A DNA stretch of 64,000 bases from assembly GCA_040289575.1 (NCBI GenBank), contig PSLL01000006.1:30405-94404 (forward strand). Reading direction: 5' to 3'. Shown here piece by piece: positions 28,742-38,279 of this stretch. The position numbers and the translations under genes were made by a program. Within the stretch, counting starts at the first letter, position 1, and each line of letters starts with the position of its first letter. Source of the DNA: Candidatus Dadabacteria bacterium (lineage in GTDB: Bacteria > Desulfobacterota_D > UBA1144 > Nemesobacterales > CSP1-2). The notes beneath the pieces were generated by a model. That model made no database searches. It had not been told where the DNA came from and saw only the letters and a program-made list of their open reading frames with translations.

Positions 28742-30298
28742 TCAATGCCTAAAATGTCTTACTCCCGTAAATATCATCGCGATTCCATACTCGTCTGCGG
28801 CGGCTATGATCTCTTTGTCTCTTACTGAGCCGCCCGGCTGAACTATGGCGGTAATCCCCGCCCTTGCCGCCTCGTCAATCCCATCGCGGAATGGAAAAAA
28901 GGCGTCGGATGCAAGCACAGTTCCCTTTATAGGAAGCCTAGCTTTCATGACTGCGATTTTAACAGAATCCACACGGCTCATCTGCCCAGCTCCGATCCCA
29001 ACCGTCTGCCCCTCACGTGCAAACACGATGGCGTTTGACTTTACGTGCTTGCACACCTTCCATGCGAATTTAAGTACCCGGATTTCTTCATCCGTAGGCT
29101 CGCGTTTTGTCACAACCTTAAAATTCGTAAAATCCTCATCGGCTCTCAGGTCTCTATCCTGAATGAGAGCACCGCCTGTTATCTTTTTTAAATCAATCCC
29201 GCTTTTTGGTTTGATAAGAGGGAGGGTCTTCATAACCCTCAGATTCTGCTTGGTCGAGAGCAAATCGAGTGCCTTTTGTGTGTATCCCGGCGCAATTACA
29301 ACCTCAAGAAACATACCGGCAATCTCCGCGGCTGCATTTTCATCAACTTCGGTGTTAAAGGCAACGATTCCTCCAAATGCACTTTCAGGGTCGCACTCCC
29401 TTGCCTTGAGAAAAGCCTGAAGGGAATTCTCGGCGGTTGCGACTCCACAGGGGTTGTTGTGCTTCACTATAACACAGGCAGTTTCCGAAAACTCTTTTAC
29501 CGCTTCGAGTGCAGCGTCTGTATCATAAATATTATTGAGTGAAAGCTCCTTTCCCTGGATTTGAACCGCATTTGAAACACACGGCTCTTCTATACCCGGC
29601 TGAATATAAAATGCCCCTTCTTGGTGTGGGTTTTCACCATATCTGAGCTTCATCCGCTTTTCAAAGTAAAGCGACAAATTCGCAGGGAATTTAGTCCTCT
29701 TACCGTCTTCAATTGAATTTAAGAAATTAGATATTGCGCCGTCATATCGCGATACATAAGAGAAGGCCTTGAGGGCAAGACGAAGATTGGTTTCAACCGA
29801 TACCGAGCCCTTATTCATTCTTAGCTCGTCTATTACGGCTCTATAATCATTAGGAGAAACCAAGGGGGTTACATATTTATAATTCTTCGCCGCCGCGCGG
29901 ATGAGTGTGGGGCCCCCAATATCAATATTTTCAATCGCCTCGCTCAGAACTACCTCTTCGCTTTTAACTACATCCTCAAACGGATAGAAATTCACCACTA
30001 CCATGTCTATGGGTTCAATTCCATGTTGCTCCATGTCTCTGATATGGGTCTCATCATCCCGCACGGCGAGAATGCCCGCGTGGATTTTAGGATGGAGTGT
30101 TTTTACTCTGCCCCCTATGAGTTCTGAGAACCCGACATAATCTGAAATCTCTATTACCTCAATACCCGCGTCCCTTAGCAGCTTCGCCGTGCCTCCAGTA
30201 GAGAGTATTTCAATATCGAAATCCTTAAGTTCCTTTGCGAACTTACTTATCCCCTCTTTTTTCCACAAGCTTATAAGTGCCCTTTTTACCCTTCCCAT
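28742..30298 (-). CDS. purH: Bifunctional AICAR transformylase/IMP cyclohydrolase
   Basis: STGGTA, GGRVKTLHPKIH, IDIGGPTL.RAAAKN, LRYGENPHQ, KHNNPCG, ASDAFFPF, TGVRHFRH. Confidence 0.98.
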   Translation of the reverse strand: MGRVKRALISLWKKEGISKFAKELKDFDIEILSTGGTAKLLRDAGIEVIEISDYVGFSELIGGRVKTLHPKIHAGILAVRDDETHIRDMEQHGIEPIDMVVVNFYPFEDVVKSEEVVLSEAIENIDIGGPTLIRAAAKNYKYVTPLVSPNDYRAVIDELRMNKGSVSVETNLRLALKAFSYVSRYDGAISNFLNSIEDGKRTKFPANLSLYFEKRMKLRYGENPHQEGAFYIQPGIEEPCVSNAVQIQGKELSLNNIYDTDAALEAVKEFSETACVIVKHNNPCGVATAENSLQAFLKARECDPESAFGGIVAFNTEVDENAAAEIAGMFLEVVIAPGYTQKALDLLSTKQNLRVMKTLPLIKPKSGIDLKKITGGALIQDRDLRADEDFTNFKVVTKREPTDEEIRVLKFAWKVCKHVKSNAIVFAREGQTVGIGAGQMSRVDSVKIAVMKARLPIKGTVLASDAFFPFRDGIDEAARAGITAIVQPGGSVRDKEIIAAADEYGIAMIFTGVRHFRH

Positions 30299-30624
30299 CT
30301 CTTATAACCGCTCCTTTGACTTTTACACATTTATAAATCAAATGCAATAATTCTAACTGGATATTTGTAATAATCTAGGCGACTACCCACACATAACATT
30401 CTCCAGAGGATATTTTATGTATGATAAATATCGAATCGGCAAGATGAAAATTAACACGGCTTTTGAGAAATTGTCAACTCTTGCATATAATATTTTAAGT
30501 TTATTTAGGCTAGCCGAATAGTCTCGGATAATTGTCGTTTTTGCTTCCCATAACGACAGATAACTAGGATTATCTCGGTAACACCTATAGTAGGAACATA
30601 GTATTAACTTTTAAGGAGTGGTAT

Positions 30625-31599
30625 ATGAAAAATCAGAGGGCGATAAACTTAAAGGTTGGAATATTCGTCTTAATCTCGCTTTTTATATTCGCGGTTTTTA
30701 TCTTTGCCCTTGGCAGTGAGAGCAGTCTTTTCAAAAAAACCTACACGGTTCAAACATCATTTACAAATGTAGCCGGGCTTTCCGAAGGAGCCTCGGTCAG
30801 GCTTTCGGGATTGCGAATCGGAAGCGTTAAACAAATCAAATTCCCTGAAAACCCCAATAACAACTTCATAATAGTAACTATGGAGATAAACCAAGAAGGC
30901 ATAAGAAGAATAGGCTCCGACTCAGTGGCAACAATTAGAACCGAAGGACTCCTCGGCGATAAGTACATAGAGATTTTAAAAGGAACAACCCCATTGCCTG
31001 AGAAGATTCCCGAGGTGGTAAGTATTAAGAGTTACACACCTCCAGAGATTGAAAAACTCCTTGGGCAATCCGAAGAGCTAGTAAATAACATAACAAGCAT
31101 ATCTCAGAACCTAGATGAGCTCGTGAAGGCCTTCAGCACAGAGGAAAACGTTCAGAATATATCAAAGACGATTGCGTCACTAAGGAGAACCCTGGAGGGC
31201 AGTGAAAAAACCCTTGCCAAGGTTGACACAGCCGTCTCCACGCTAAATGCACTGCTCGTGGAGGTCAAAACGGGAAACGGGGTTCTTAACGCCCTAGTCT
31301 ATGATAAAAATCTAAGAGCAAAGCTAGACCAAGCAATCGCAAACATAAATTCAGCTGCTCAGGAAATTGGAGGCGATAACGGAATGGCCATCGAGCTAAA
31401 AAAGACCCTATCAAACTTTAGAGAAATATCAGAAAAGCTGAACGGTGGAGAAGGGACACTCGGCGCGCTAATAAATGACCCTGCGCTCTACGACCAGGTA
31501 AAGGGACTTGTAGGGGAATCGCAGAGAAGTAAGTTTGTGCGTACAGCAATCAGATACTTGATTAACAACAAAAACAAAGAATCTAACCAGAAGAGGTAG
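30625..31599 (+). CDS. MCE/MlaD family protein
   Basis: LKVGIFVL TM anchor, GLSEGASVRLSGLRIGSV, IRTEGLLGDKYIEI, helical tail with GEGTLGALINDPALY. Confidence 0.92.
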   Translation: MKNQRAINLKVGIFVLISLFIFAVFIFALGSESSLFKKTYTVQTSFTNVAGLSEGASVRLSGLRIGSVKQIKFPENPNNNFIIVTMEINQEGIRRIGSDSVATIRTEGLLGDKYIEILKGTTPLPEKIPEVVSIKSYTPPEIEKLLGQSEELVNNITSISQNLDELVKAFSTEENVQNISKTIASLRRTLEGSEKTLAKVDTAVSTLNALLVEVKTGNGVLNALVYDKNLRAKLDQAIANINSAAQEIGGDNGMAIELKKTLSNFREISEKLNGGEGTLGALINDPALYDQVKGLVGESQRSKFVRTAIRYLINNKNKESNQKR

Positions 31600-31602
31600 A
31601 AA

Positions 31603-31678
31603 TGGAGCGGGCGACGGGATTCGAACCCGCGACCCCAAGCTTGGGAAGCTTGTACTCTACCAACTGAGTTACGCCCGC
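31603..31678 (-). tRNA. tRNA-Gly (anticodon CCC)
   Basis: 76 nt: GCGGGCGTAACTCAGTTGGTAGAGTACAAGCTTCCCAAGCTTGGGGTCGCGGGTTCGAATCCCGTCGCCCGCTCCA. Acceptor stem, anticodon stem CAAGC/GCTTG, T-loop GTTCGAAT and an encoded CCA. Confidence 0.98.
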
Positions 31679-31777
31679 TCTAAAGAAGAAATTTATTATA
31701 GCACAAGATAAAAGTCAATAATTGCCCACAACCAATTAACTTATACCTCTTGACCATATTAAGATATAATACACTGC

Positions 31778-32680
31778 GTGACAAAGCATCGTAAGACCGG
31801 ACACCTTATTACAGAAAAGGTTAATCCTCGAACGAGTAATATTGATGAACTCCCTACTCTTCGTATTATCGAGTTGATTTCTGAAGAGGATAAGAGGGTC
31901 GCAGATGCCGTCGCCGAGCAGAAGGAGAATATAGCTAAGGCCGTTGATTTAATTGTTGACAGGCTCTCACGAGGCGGACGTTTGTTTTTTATAGGAGCGG
32001 GAACAAGTGGGCGCTTGGGTGTCATGGAAGCGGCTGAATGTCCGCCGACATTTGGGACAAAACCGAGTTTAATCATAGGGATTATTGCCGGGGGTAAAAA
32101 AGCACTGTGGCACTCAATAGAGGGAGCAGAAGATTCCAGAACCGAATCACAAATGGCACTAAGTATGATGGGATTAAACAAAAGCGATATAGTCATTGGA
32201 ATTGCTGCAAGCGCGACAACTCCATTTGTTGAAGGTGCATTATCTTATGCAAAAAAAAGGCATGCGGCGCGGGTTCTTATTACATGCAACCCAGTTAATT
32301 CGCTCCTTTCGAATGTTACTATTTCCCTGCTTGTAGGCCCCGAAGTTATATTAGGCTCTACAAGGATGAAGGCGGGAACTGCAACAAAAATGGTTCTGAA
32401 TATGTTGACCACAGCCGCAATGATTCGACTCGGCAAAACCTATGGAAATCTCATGGTTGAGGTAAGACCGCATTCAGAAAAGCTAAGAGATAGAGCAAGG
32501 CGGATCGTTGTACAAATCTTAGGCATCAATCAAAAAGAAGCACAGAGATTGCTCAATAAATCCAATTGGGATGTAAAGGCCGCCGTGGTTATGAGAAGGA
32601 AGAAAATGAGTTACAAAAAGGCAAAAGAGCTTCTAGAAAAGCACAGCGGATTTTTGCGCGCCGTGCTGGAATCTGAGTAA
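31778..32680 (+). CDS. murQ: N-acetylmuramic acid 6-phosphate etherase
   Basis: TEKVNPRT, GAGTSGRLGVMEAAECPPTFG, EGAED, VGPEVILGSTRMKAGTATKMVLNML, GKTYGNLMV. Confidence 0.96.
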   Translation: MTKHRKTGHLITEKVNPRTSNIDELPTLRIIELISEEDKRVADAVAEQKENIAKAVDLIVDRLSRGGRLFFIGAGTSGRLGVMEAAECPPTFGTKPSLIIGIIAGGKKALWHSIEGAEDSRTESQMALSMMGLNKSDIVIGIAASATTPFVEGALSYAKKRHAARVLITCNPVNSLLSNVTISLLVGPEVILGSTRMKAGTATKMVLNMLTTAAMIRLGKTYGNLMVEVRPHSEKLRDRARRIVVQILGINQKEAQRLLNKSNWDVKAAVVMRRKKMSYKKAKELLEKHSGFLRAVLESE

Positions 32681-32723
32681 ATTGAGGAGGGGGTTCGAAA
32701 CCCGTCGCTTCTAAATAAACGAA

Positions 32724-33908
32724 ATGAACCAACTAAACTCAATCTTTAATAAACAAGAAAAACTGGTGGTGGGTCTAATGTCGGGCACGTCTATGGACGG
32801 GATTGACGCCGCCTTGGTAAGGATTAAAGGGCACGGATTGGAAACTAAAATTGATCTGATTGAGTTTATTTGCCTGCCATATCAATCCCCTCTTCTTCAG
32901 AGCTTAGAAGAGGCAACCCTAAAAGGCTCAACACGCCAAATCTCAGAAATTAACTTTCTCGTAGGCAGGGCATTTGCAGATGCAGCTTTAGCCGTAATTA
33001 GAAAAGCCGGAATGCAGGCTGCAGACATTGACTTAATAGGCTCTCACGGTCAGACCGTTTTTCACAACCCCCCCTCTTCAAAAATTGGCGTCCCCTCTAC
33101 ACTTCAGATTGGAGAGTTGGACGTCATTGCTGAGCATACGGGAATAACCACAATCGGCGACTTTAGAACCCGCGATGTAGCCGCAGGGGGTGAAGGTGCA
33201 CCTCTTGTTCCTTATGCGGATTACATTCTATTCTGCAAATCCGGGAAAGCCCGTATCGCTCAAAACATTGGCGGTATTGCAAACGCCACAGTAGTTGCCG
33301 AGTGTATAGATGATGTAATTGCGTTTGATACAGGGCCGGGGAATATGCTCATGGACAACGTACTGAGATTGGTTACGAATGGGAAAGAAAAATATGACAT
33401 TGATGGAAAGCATGCTTCAGGAGGCTCGGTTAATAAAGGTCTACTCGAGAAGCTTCTATATCATCCATTCTTCATTCAGCCACCTCCAAAATCCACAGGG
33501 GCAGGGGTTTTCGGAAAGGAAATGGCGCATGAGATTTATACACTGTCTAAAGAGAAAGGGATTTCACTGAGTGATTTGATGAGGACACTCTTAGAGCTCA
33601 CAGTTGAATCTATTGCCCTTTCTTACGAGCGATTTATCTTCCCCAAAAGGAAAATTGAAGAAGTAATCCTGAGCGGCGGGGGCGCTAAAAACCCAGTCCT
33701 GGTAGAAGGATTAAAAAAGAGATTGAATCAATTGGAATTTTCTAATTCGGATAACTACGGAATTCCGGCGGATGCGAAAGAGGCCATAGCCTTTGCCATA
33801 TTAGCAAATGAGCTTATATCAGGTAATTTTACGAATCTTCCATCCGCTACGGGAGCAAAAAGGCACGTGCCTTTGGGGAAGATTGTTCTAGGCGAGGGGA
33901 ATCTGTAG
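32724..33908 (+). CDS. anmK: Anhydro-N-acetylmuramic acid kinase
   Basis: GLMSGTSMDGID, GSHGQTVFH, DFRTRDVAAGGEGAPLVP, NIGGIAN, FDTGPGN, KEAIAFA, PSATGA. Confidence 0.97.
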   Translation: MNQLNSIFNKQEKLVVGLMSGTSMDGIDAALVRIKGHGLETKIDLIEFICLPYQSPLLQSLEEATLKGSTRQISEINFLVGRAFADAALAVIRKAGMQAADIDLIGSHGQTVFHNPPSSKIGVPSTLQIGELDVIAEHTGITTIGDFRTRDVAAGGEGAPLVPYADYILFCKSGKARIAQNIGGIANATVVAECIDDVIAFDTGPGNMLMDNVLRLVTNGKEKYDIDGKHASGGSVNKGLLEKLLYHPFFIQPPPKSTGAGVFGKEMAHEIYTLSKEKGISLSDLMRTLLELTVESIALSYERFIFPKRKIEEVILSGGGAKNPVLVEGLKKRLNQLEFSNSDNYGIPADAKEAIAFAILANELISGNFTNLPSATGAKRHVPLGKIVLGEGNL

Positions 33909-33917
33909 AAATTTATA

Positions 33918-33944
33918 TAGGGGCAATTCATGAATTGCCCCTAC
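33918..33944. repeat. GTAG-type REP palindrome
   Basis: TAGGGGCAATTCATGAATTGCCCCTAC, a perfect 26-bp palindrome plus C, between anmK and nagZ. Confidence 0.75.
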
Positions 33945-33959
33945 TGAATCTAAACCCAA

Positions 33960-35483
33960 ATGGATAATCCCAACCCAAATGAACTCACTATACCGCAAAA
34001 AATCGGTCAAATTGTCATGCCCAGGCTGAATTTCAATAACCCGGATGCCTTGCCTTATGCAAAAGATATTGTTCAAAAATTTCATGTTGGAGGCTTTATT
34101 ATTTTTGGCGGCGATCGCAAACAGGTAAAGAGAGCAACAGAGGAGCTTCAATCAATTTCCCTAACCCCTCTCTTTTTCTCATGCGATGCCGAGCGCGGCG
34201 CGGGTCAGATAATGTCTGGAGCAACTCGGTTTCCCTTTACAATGTCGCTTGGAGCAACAGGAGACGAGGAACTTGTCTATAGACAAGCCAGATTCATTGC
34301 AGAGGAGTTAAAAGAATGCGGATTAAATCTAGTCTTTGCGCCGGTTATGGATGTAAATACAAATCCGGAAAATCCGATTATAAATATTCGCTCTTATGGA
34401 GATGATCCCTCCCTTGTATCGCGCCTTGGAACCGCTTTTATCAAAGGTTGTCAAGACAGAGGCGTGTTGGCTTGTGCTAAACATTTCCCAGGGCACGGAA
34501 GGGTTGCTATTGATTCTCATGTAACTCTGCCCCAACTAGCCCAAAGCCGGGAAAACCTCTATACGTGCGATATAATCCCATTTAAAAGGGCAATCGAAGG
34601 CGGAGTTGCCTCTATTATGGTAGCACATATCGCCGTACCCAAGATTGACCCTAAAGGAGTCCCGGCAACGATTTCGAGAGAAATCATCCAAGGTCTCCTT
34701 ATTAATGATCTGGGATTTAAAGGTTTAGTCATAACAGACTCTTTCTATATGGGTGCTATAGCCAATTTAGGCACGGAGGAAGATATGGCACGCCTTTCTA
34801 TCCTTTCAGGATGTGACATTATTCTCGATCCAAAAGAACCCGTAAGGACTATGAAAAGACTAAGCGAAATGGTTAAATCGAGAGAACTTTCGGAGTCGCT
34901 TTTAGACAGCACTGTGGAAAAGATAGTTGCAACAAAAAGACAATGGTTAAGTAATCAGCCTCTTAAAAATCCATTTGATGAAACATATGGTCGGGCTCTA
35001 CTCACTGAGATTGCACACCGCTCTGTCTGCCTTTTAAAAGGTGGGAGACTGAAATCCAAAAATGTAACGGTTTATATCCTTGATGTAACCCAGGCTGAGG
35101 AAGATGTCTCAGAGTCATTCGTTGATCACCTATCTGAATCCGGAATAGGCATTGAGAAAAGGTCCTTTACCCTCTCAGAGACATTTTTACCTCAAAGCGA
35201 GAACAATGACAGAACAATAATTTGTCTCGTCTACACATCTGTTGCCGCATGGAAAGGGCACACAGAATTATCCGAATCGTTCAAGGAGCTGTTAAGGCAG
35301 GTAAACAAGCTGAAATGTGAGAGGGTTTTAATCTCGTTTGGATCTCCCTACATAGTTCGGGATTTTGAAAACTTTGATACGATTCTCTGTGCCTTTGACC
35401 GCCTGGATGCTTGCCAATGTGCAGTGGCCGATGTCCTTTTAGGAAGAGGCGAGGCTCAAGGAAAATTGCCGGTGAGGCTGTAG
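33960..35483 (+). CDS. nagZ: GH3 beta-N-acetylglucosaminidase (two-domain NagZ-like)
   Basis: APVMDVNTNPENPIINIRSYG, KHFPGHG...DSH, MVAH, LVITD nucleophile, C-terminal SFGSPY and GKLPV. Confidence 0.88.
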   Translation: MDNPNPNELTIPQKIGQIVMPRLNFNNPDALPYAKDIVQKFHVGGFIIFGGDRKQVKRATEELQSISLTPLFFSCDAERGAGQIMSGATRFPFTMSLGATGDEELVYRQARFIAEELKECGLNLVFAPVMDVNTNPENPIINIRSYGDDPSLVSRLGTAFIKGCQDRGVLACAKHFPGHGRVAIDSHVTLPQLAQSRENLYTCDIIPFKRAIEGGVASIMVAHIAVPKIDPKGVPATISREIIQGLLINDLGFKGLVITDSFYMGAIANLGTEEDMARLSILSGCDIILDPKEPVRTMKRLSEMVKSRELSESLLDSTVEKIVATKRQWLSNQPLKNPFDETYGRALLTEIAHRSVCLLKGGRLKSKNVTVYILDVTQAEEDVSESFVDHLSESGIGIEKRSFTLSETFLPQSENNDRTIICLVYTSVAAWKGHTELSESFKELLRQVNKLKCERVLISFGSPYIVRDFENFDTILCAFDRLDACQCAVADVLLGRGEAQGKLPVRL

Positions 35484-35613
35484 TTAAAGCTTTATATATG
35501 TGGAATATTGAAATTTTTGATTAGAATATACTATTTCGCATTGCCAAAAATATTATTTTGTTCTTTAATATCAGACCAAATAATTATTATTAAATCTCCA
35601 GGAGGAATAAACT

Positions 35614-36153
35614 ATGAGAGTCCTTCCGTTAACATTAGGTTTGATACTCGGTCTTGTGGGAGTAACTTATGCTCAATCGGCTGCAAAAATCGGTTATGTG
35701 GATATTCAGCGTGTGATAAGTGAATCCAAAGCCGGTATAGCCGCCAGCGCCGCTCTTCAGGAAGACCTTAAGAAAAAGGAAGATATAATAAACCAGGAAG
35801 CTAAACAGATTATCCAAATGAGAAATAATTTTATGAGCAAAAATTCCGTTATGAGCAAAGAAGCACAAGAGCAAGAAGCCGATCAAATAGAAAACATGGA
35901 GAAGGAACTCCATAGAAAACGTGAGGATTTTCGAGATGCTTTAGCAGAGCAGGAATCGAACCTCAAAGAGAAAATACTAAGTGATGTGGTGAGAATAGTA
36001 AACGAAATAGGGAATTCCGAGGGATATAGTTTAATAGTTGAAAAAAGCGAAGCGGGTGTTCTATATGGGAGCAAAAGTGCCGACATTACAGATGAAGTCA
36101 TACGCGCCTATGATAAAAAATACGAAGAAAAGAAAGGCGTCTCAAAAAGGTAG
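35614..36153 (+). CDS. skp: OmpH/Skp outer membrane protein chaperone
   Basis: Signal peptide, KIGYVDIQRVISES, coiled coil, DITDEVI. RBS AGGAGG. Confidence 0.9.
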   Translation: MRVLPLTLGLILGLVGVTYAQSAAKIGYVDIQRVISESKAGIAASAALQEDLKKKEDIINQEAKQIIQMRNNFMSKNSVMSKEAQEQEADQIENMEKELHRKREDFRDALAEQESNLKEKILSDVVRIVNEIGNSEGYSLIVEKSEAGVLYGSKSADITDEVIRAYDKKYEEKKGVSKR

Positions 36154-36330
36154 TCGGCACCTTATTTTTTATCATTATTACCCGATCCCTGTCCTTTCCT
36201 TCAGCCGTGATTTGCCCGTTTATAATCCCTTACAAACACTAATCAGACGGATTTGGTATGACTTATCCGAAATAACAAAACAAATTATGGATTTCTCTGC
36301 GCTGAGCTATAAAATATAAGATCCAATATA

Positions 36331-38088
36331 ATGCCCAAATCCATTCAATCCATCCTATCCGCCCTGAGCCTTATTGATTGGCTGATTGTTATTGCTTATC
36401 TACTTCTGTCACTCGGAATCGGCATATATTTTACAAGGCGGGCAAGCAGGAGTATGTCCGAATATTTCGTTTCTGGAAGAAACCTATCATGGTGGATTAT
36501 TGGAACATCAATGGTTGCAACAACGTTTTCAGCCGATACGCCGCTTGTCGTCACCGGGTGGGTTCGAACGGATGGAATCTGGGAAAACTGGTTCTGGTGG
36601 AATTATCTCTTCAGCCATGTCTTTATCATATTCGTTTTCTCAAGGCTCTGGCGACGTGCGGAGGTGATTACGGATAATGAGCTTATAGAGCTCAGATACA
36701 GCGGAAAGCCCGCAGCGTTTCTTAGAGGATTTAAGGCGCTTTACTTTGCAACCATTTTTAACTTCATCGTAATGGGCTGGGTAATAAGCGCGATGGCAAA
36801 AATCCTAAGGGTGTTCTTCGGGTTTGAAACGACCTTTGCCGTCATTATATGCATATCAATTGCATTCATATACACAACCATGTCTGGGCTTTGGGGTGTA
36901 GCATTTACCGATTTCTTCCAGTATTTTGTCGCCCTTTTTGGAACGACTGCGCTTGCAATAATTGTAATAAACTCACCCGCCGTCGGGGGTTTCTCCGGTT
37001 TCCAAGAAAAATTGGGCGGGCTTGGGAGCCACCTTTCATTCTTTATGACTCCATCCGGTGGAAGGCCCGTGAGCGATGGTTTCTGGTCTTCCAGTTTTTT
37101 TATTTTTCTCGTTTATATATCGGTCATATGGTGGTCTTCACACAATTCAGACGGTGGAGGCTACTTCATCCAAAGGATGTGTTCTGCAAAAAACGAGCGC
37201 CATGCTATACTGGGAATGGCATGGTTCTCGCTTAACCAATACGTAATACGCCTTTGGCCCTGGGTTTTAGTGGCCGTTTTCTCTTTGATTGTTTACCCAA
37301 CCGCTAAGAAGGCCGGGGGTGATGAGGAAGCCATGTATGTCATAGTTATTCGTGATTTCCTGGGGCCCGGGCTCAAGGGTCTGCTATTTGTGTCCTTCCT
37401 TGCCGCATTCATGTCCACAATAACAACACAACTCAACTGGGGAGCCTCTTACTTGATGAACGACGTTTATAAAAGGTTTATTAATAAGAATGGAACAGAG
37501 GGTCATTATATCCTTGTTTCGAGAATATGCACATTGATACTGACTATTCTTGCGGGGTATTTTGCCTTCCATATAGAGAACATTGGGAAGGCATGGATCT
37601 TTCTCTGGGCAATGAGCGCGGGAATCGGTCTTGTCCTCATACTCAGGTGGTTCTGGTGGCGTATAAACGCATGGTCTGAAATCTCAGCCCTGGGTGCTTC
37701 TCTAATCACAATCCTGTTTTTAACACTGTACGCAGATTTCAAGGGCATATCGCTTGAGCTTAAGCACCAAATTATAGTTGTTCCCGTCTCAATCCTATCA
37801 TGGCTGATTATTACCTATTTGACTAAACCCGAACCGGAGGAGACACTTCTCAATTTCTATAGAAAGATCCGTCCCTGGGGATGGTGGAGCCCTATCTCAA
37901 AAATAATTCCGGAGATAAAGCGTCCCCCGTTTATGCCTGTAATCATCAACTGGCTTCTCGGAATCAGTTTCATATTCTTTGCTATGATTGGTATTGGAAA
38001 GCTCCTCCTCGGCGCCCCTACCATTGGAGCAATTATGGTCTTAATTTCTATCTGCTCCGGGGTTTTGGTCTATATGAATGTGAGGTAG
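36331..38088 (+). CDS. Sodium:solute symporter family protein
   Basis: 585 aa. EYFVSGRNLSWW, SMVATTFSADTPL, ELRYSG, SGLWGV..TD..Q, QRMCSAKNE, AAFMST. Confidence 0.93.
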   Translation: MPKSIQSILSALSLIDWLIVIAYLLLSLGIGIYFTRRASRSMSEYFVSGRNLSWWIIGTSMVATTFSADTPLVVTGWVRTDGIWENWFWWNYLFSHVFIIFVFSRLWRRAEVITDNELIELRYSGKPAAFLRGFKALYFATIFNFIVMGWVISAMAKILRVFFGFETTFAVIICISIAFIYTTMSGLWGVAFTDFFQYFVALFGTTALAIIVINSPAVGGFSGFQEKLGGLGSHLSFFMTPSGGRPVSDGFWSSSFFIFLVYISVIWWSSHNSDGGGYFIQRMCSAKNERHAILGMAWFSLNQYVIRLWPWVLVAVFSLIVYPTAKKAGGDEEAMYVIVIRDFLGPGLKGLLFVSFLAAFMSTITTQLNWGASYLMNDVYKRFINKNGTEGHYILVSRICTLILTILAGYFAFHIENIGKAWIFLWAMSAGIGLVLILRWFWWRINAWSEISALGASLITILFLTLYADFKGISLELKHQIIVVPVSILSWLIITYLTKPEPEETLLNFYRKIRPWGWWSPISKIIPEIKRPPFMPVIINWLLGISFIFFAMIGIGKLLLGAPTIGAIMVLISICSGVLVYMNVR

Positions 38089-38279
38089 AAACAACATAAG
38101 GGTGACAAAATAAAGGAAACTCTATATATTAAAACACACAGAAAATCTAATACTTGTAATTGCTTATACTGAAATTCCTTCTGTATGAGGAATTATCCTA
38201 TTTGATTCGCGAATTTGAAATTAGAAGAATAATTTGTTAGAATTAGCAGAGGTTGAATAATAAACGGGAGAACTACAAT

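Noticed and set aside
31603..31678. tRNA-Gly as the integration site of a genomic island
   Set aside because: It is flanked by mlaD and murQ, with no integrase nearby, and I noticed no duplicated tRNA 3' end in the window.
32686..32712. GGGTTCGAAACCC as a tRNA T-arm or tRNA fragment
   Set aside because: There is no acceptor stem, D-arm or anticodon arm in the 43-nt spacer. It is better explained as a degenerate REP-like hairpin.
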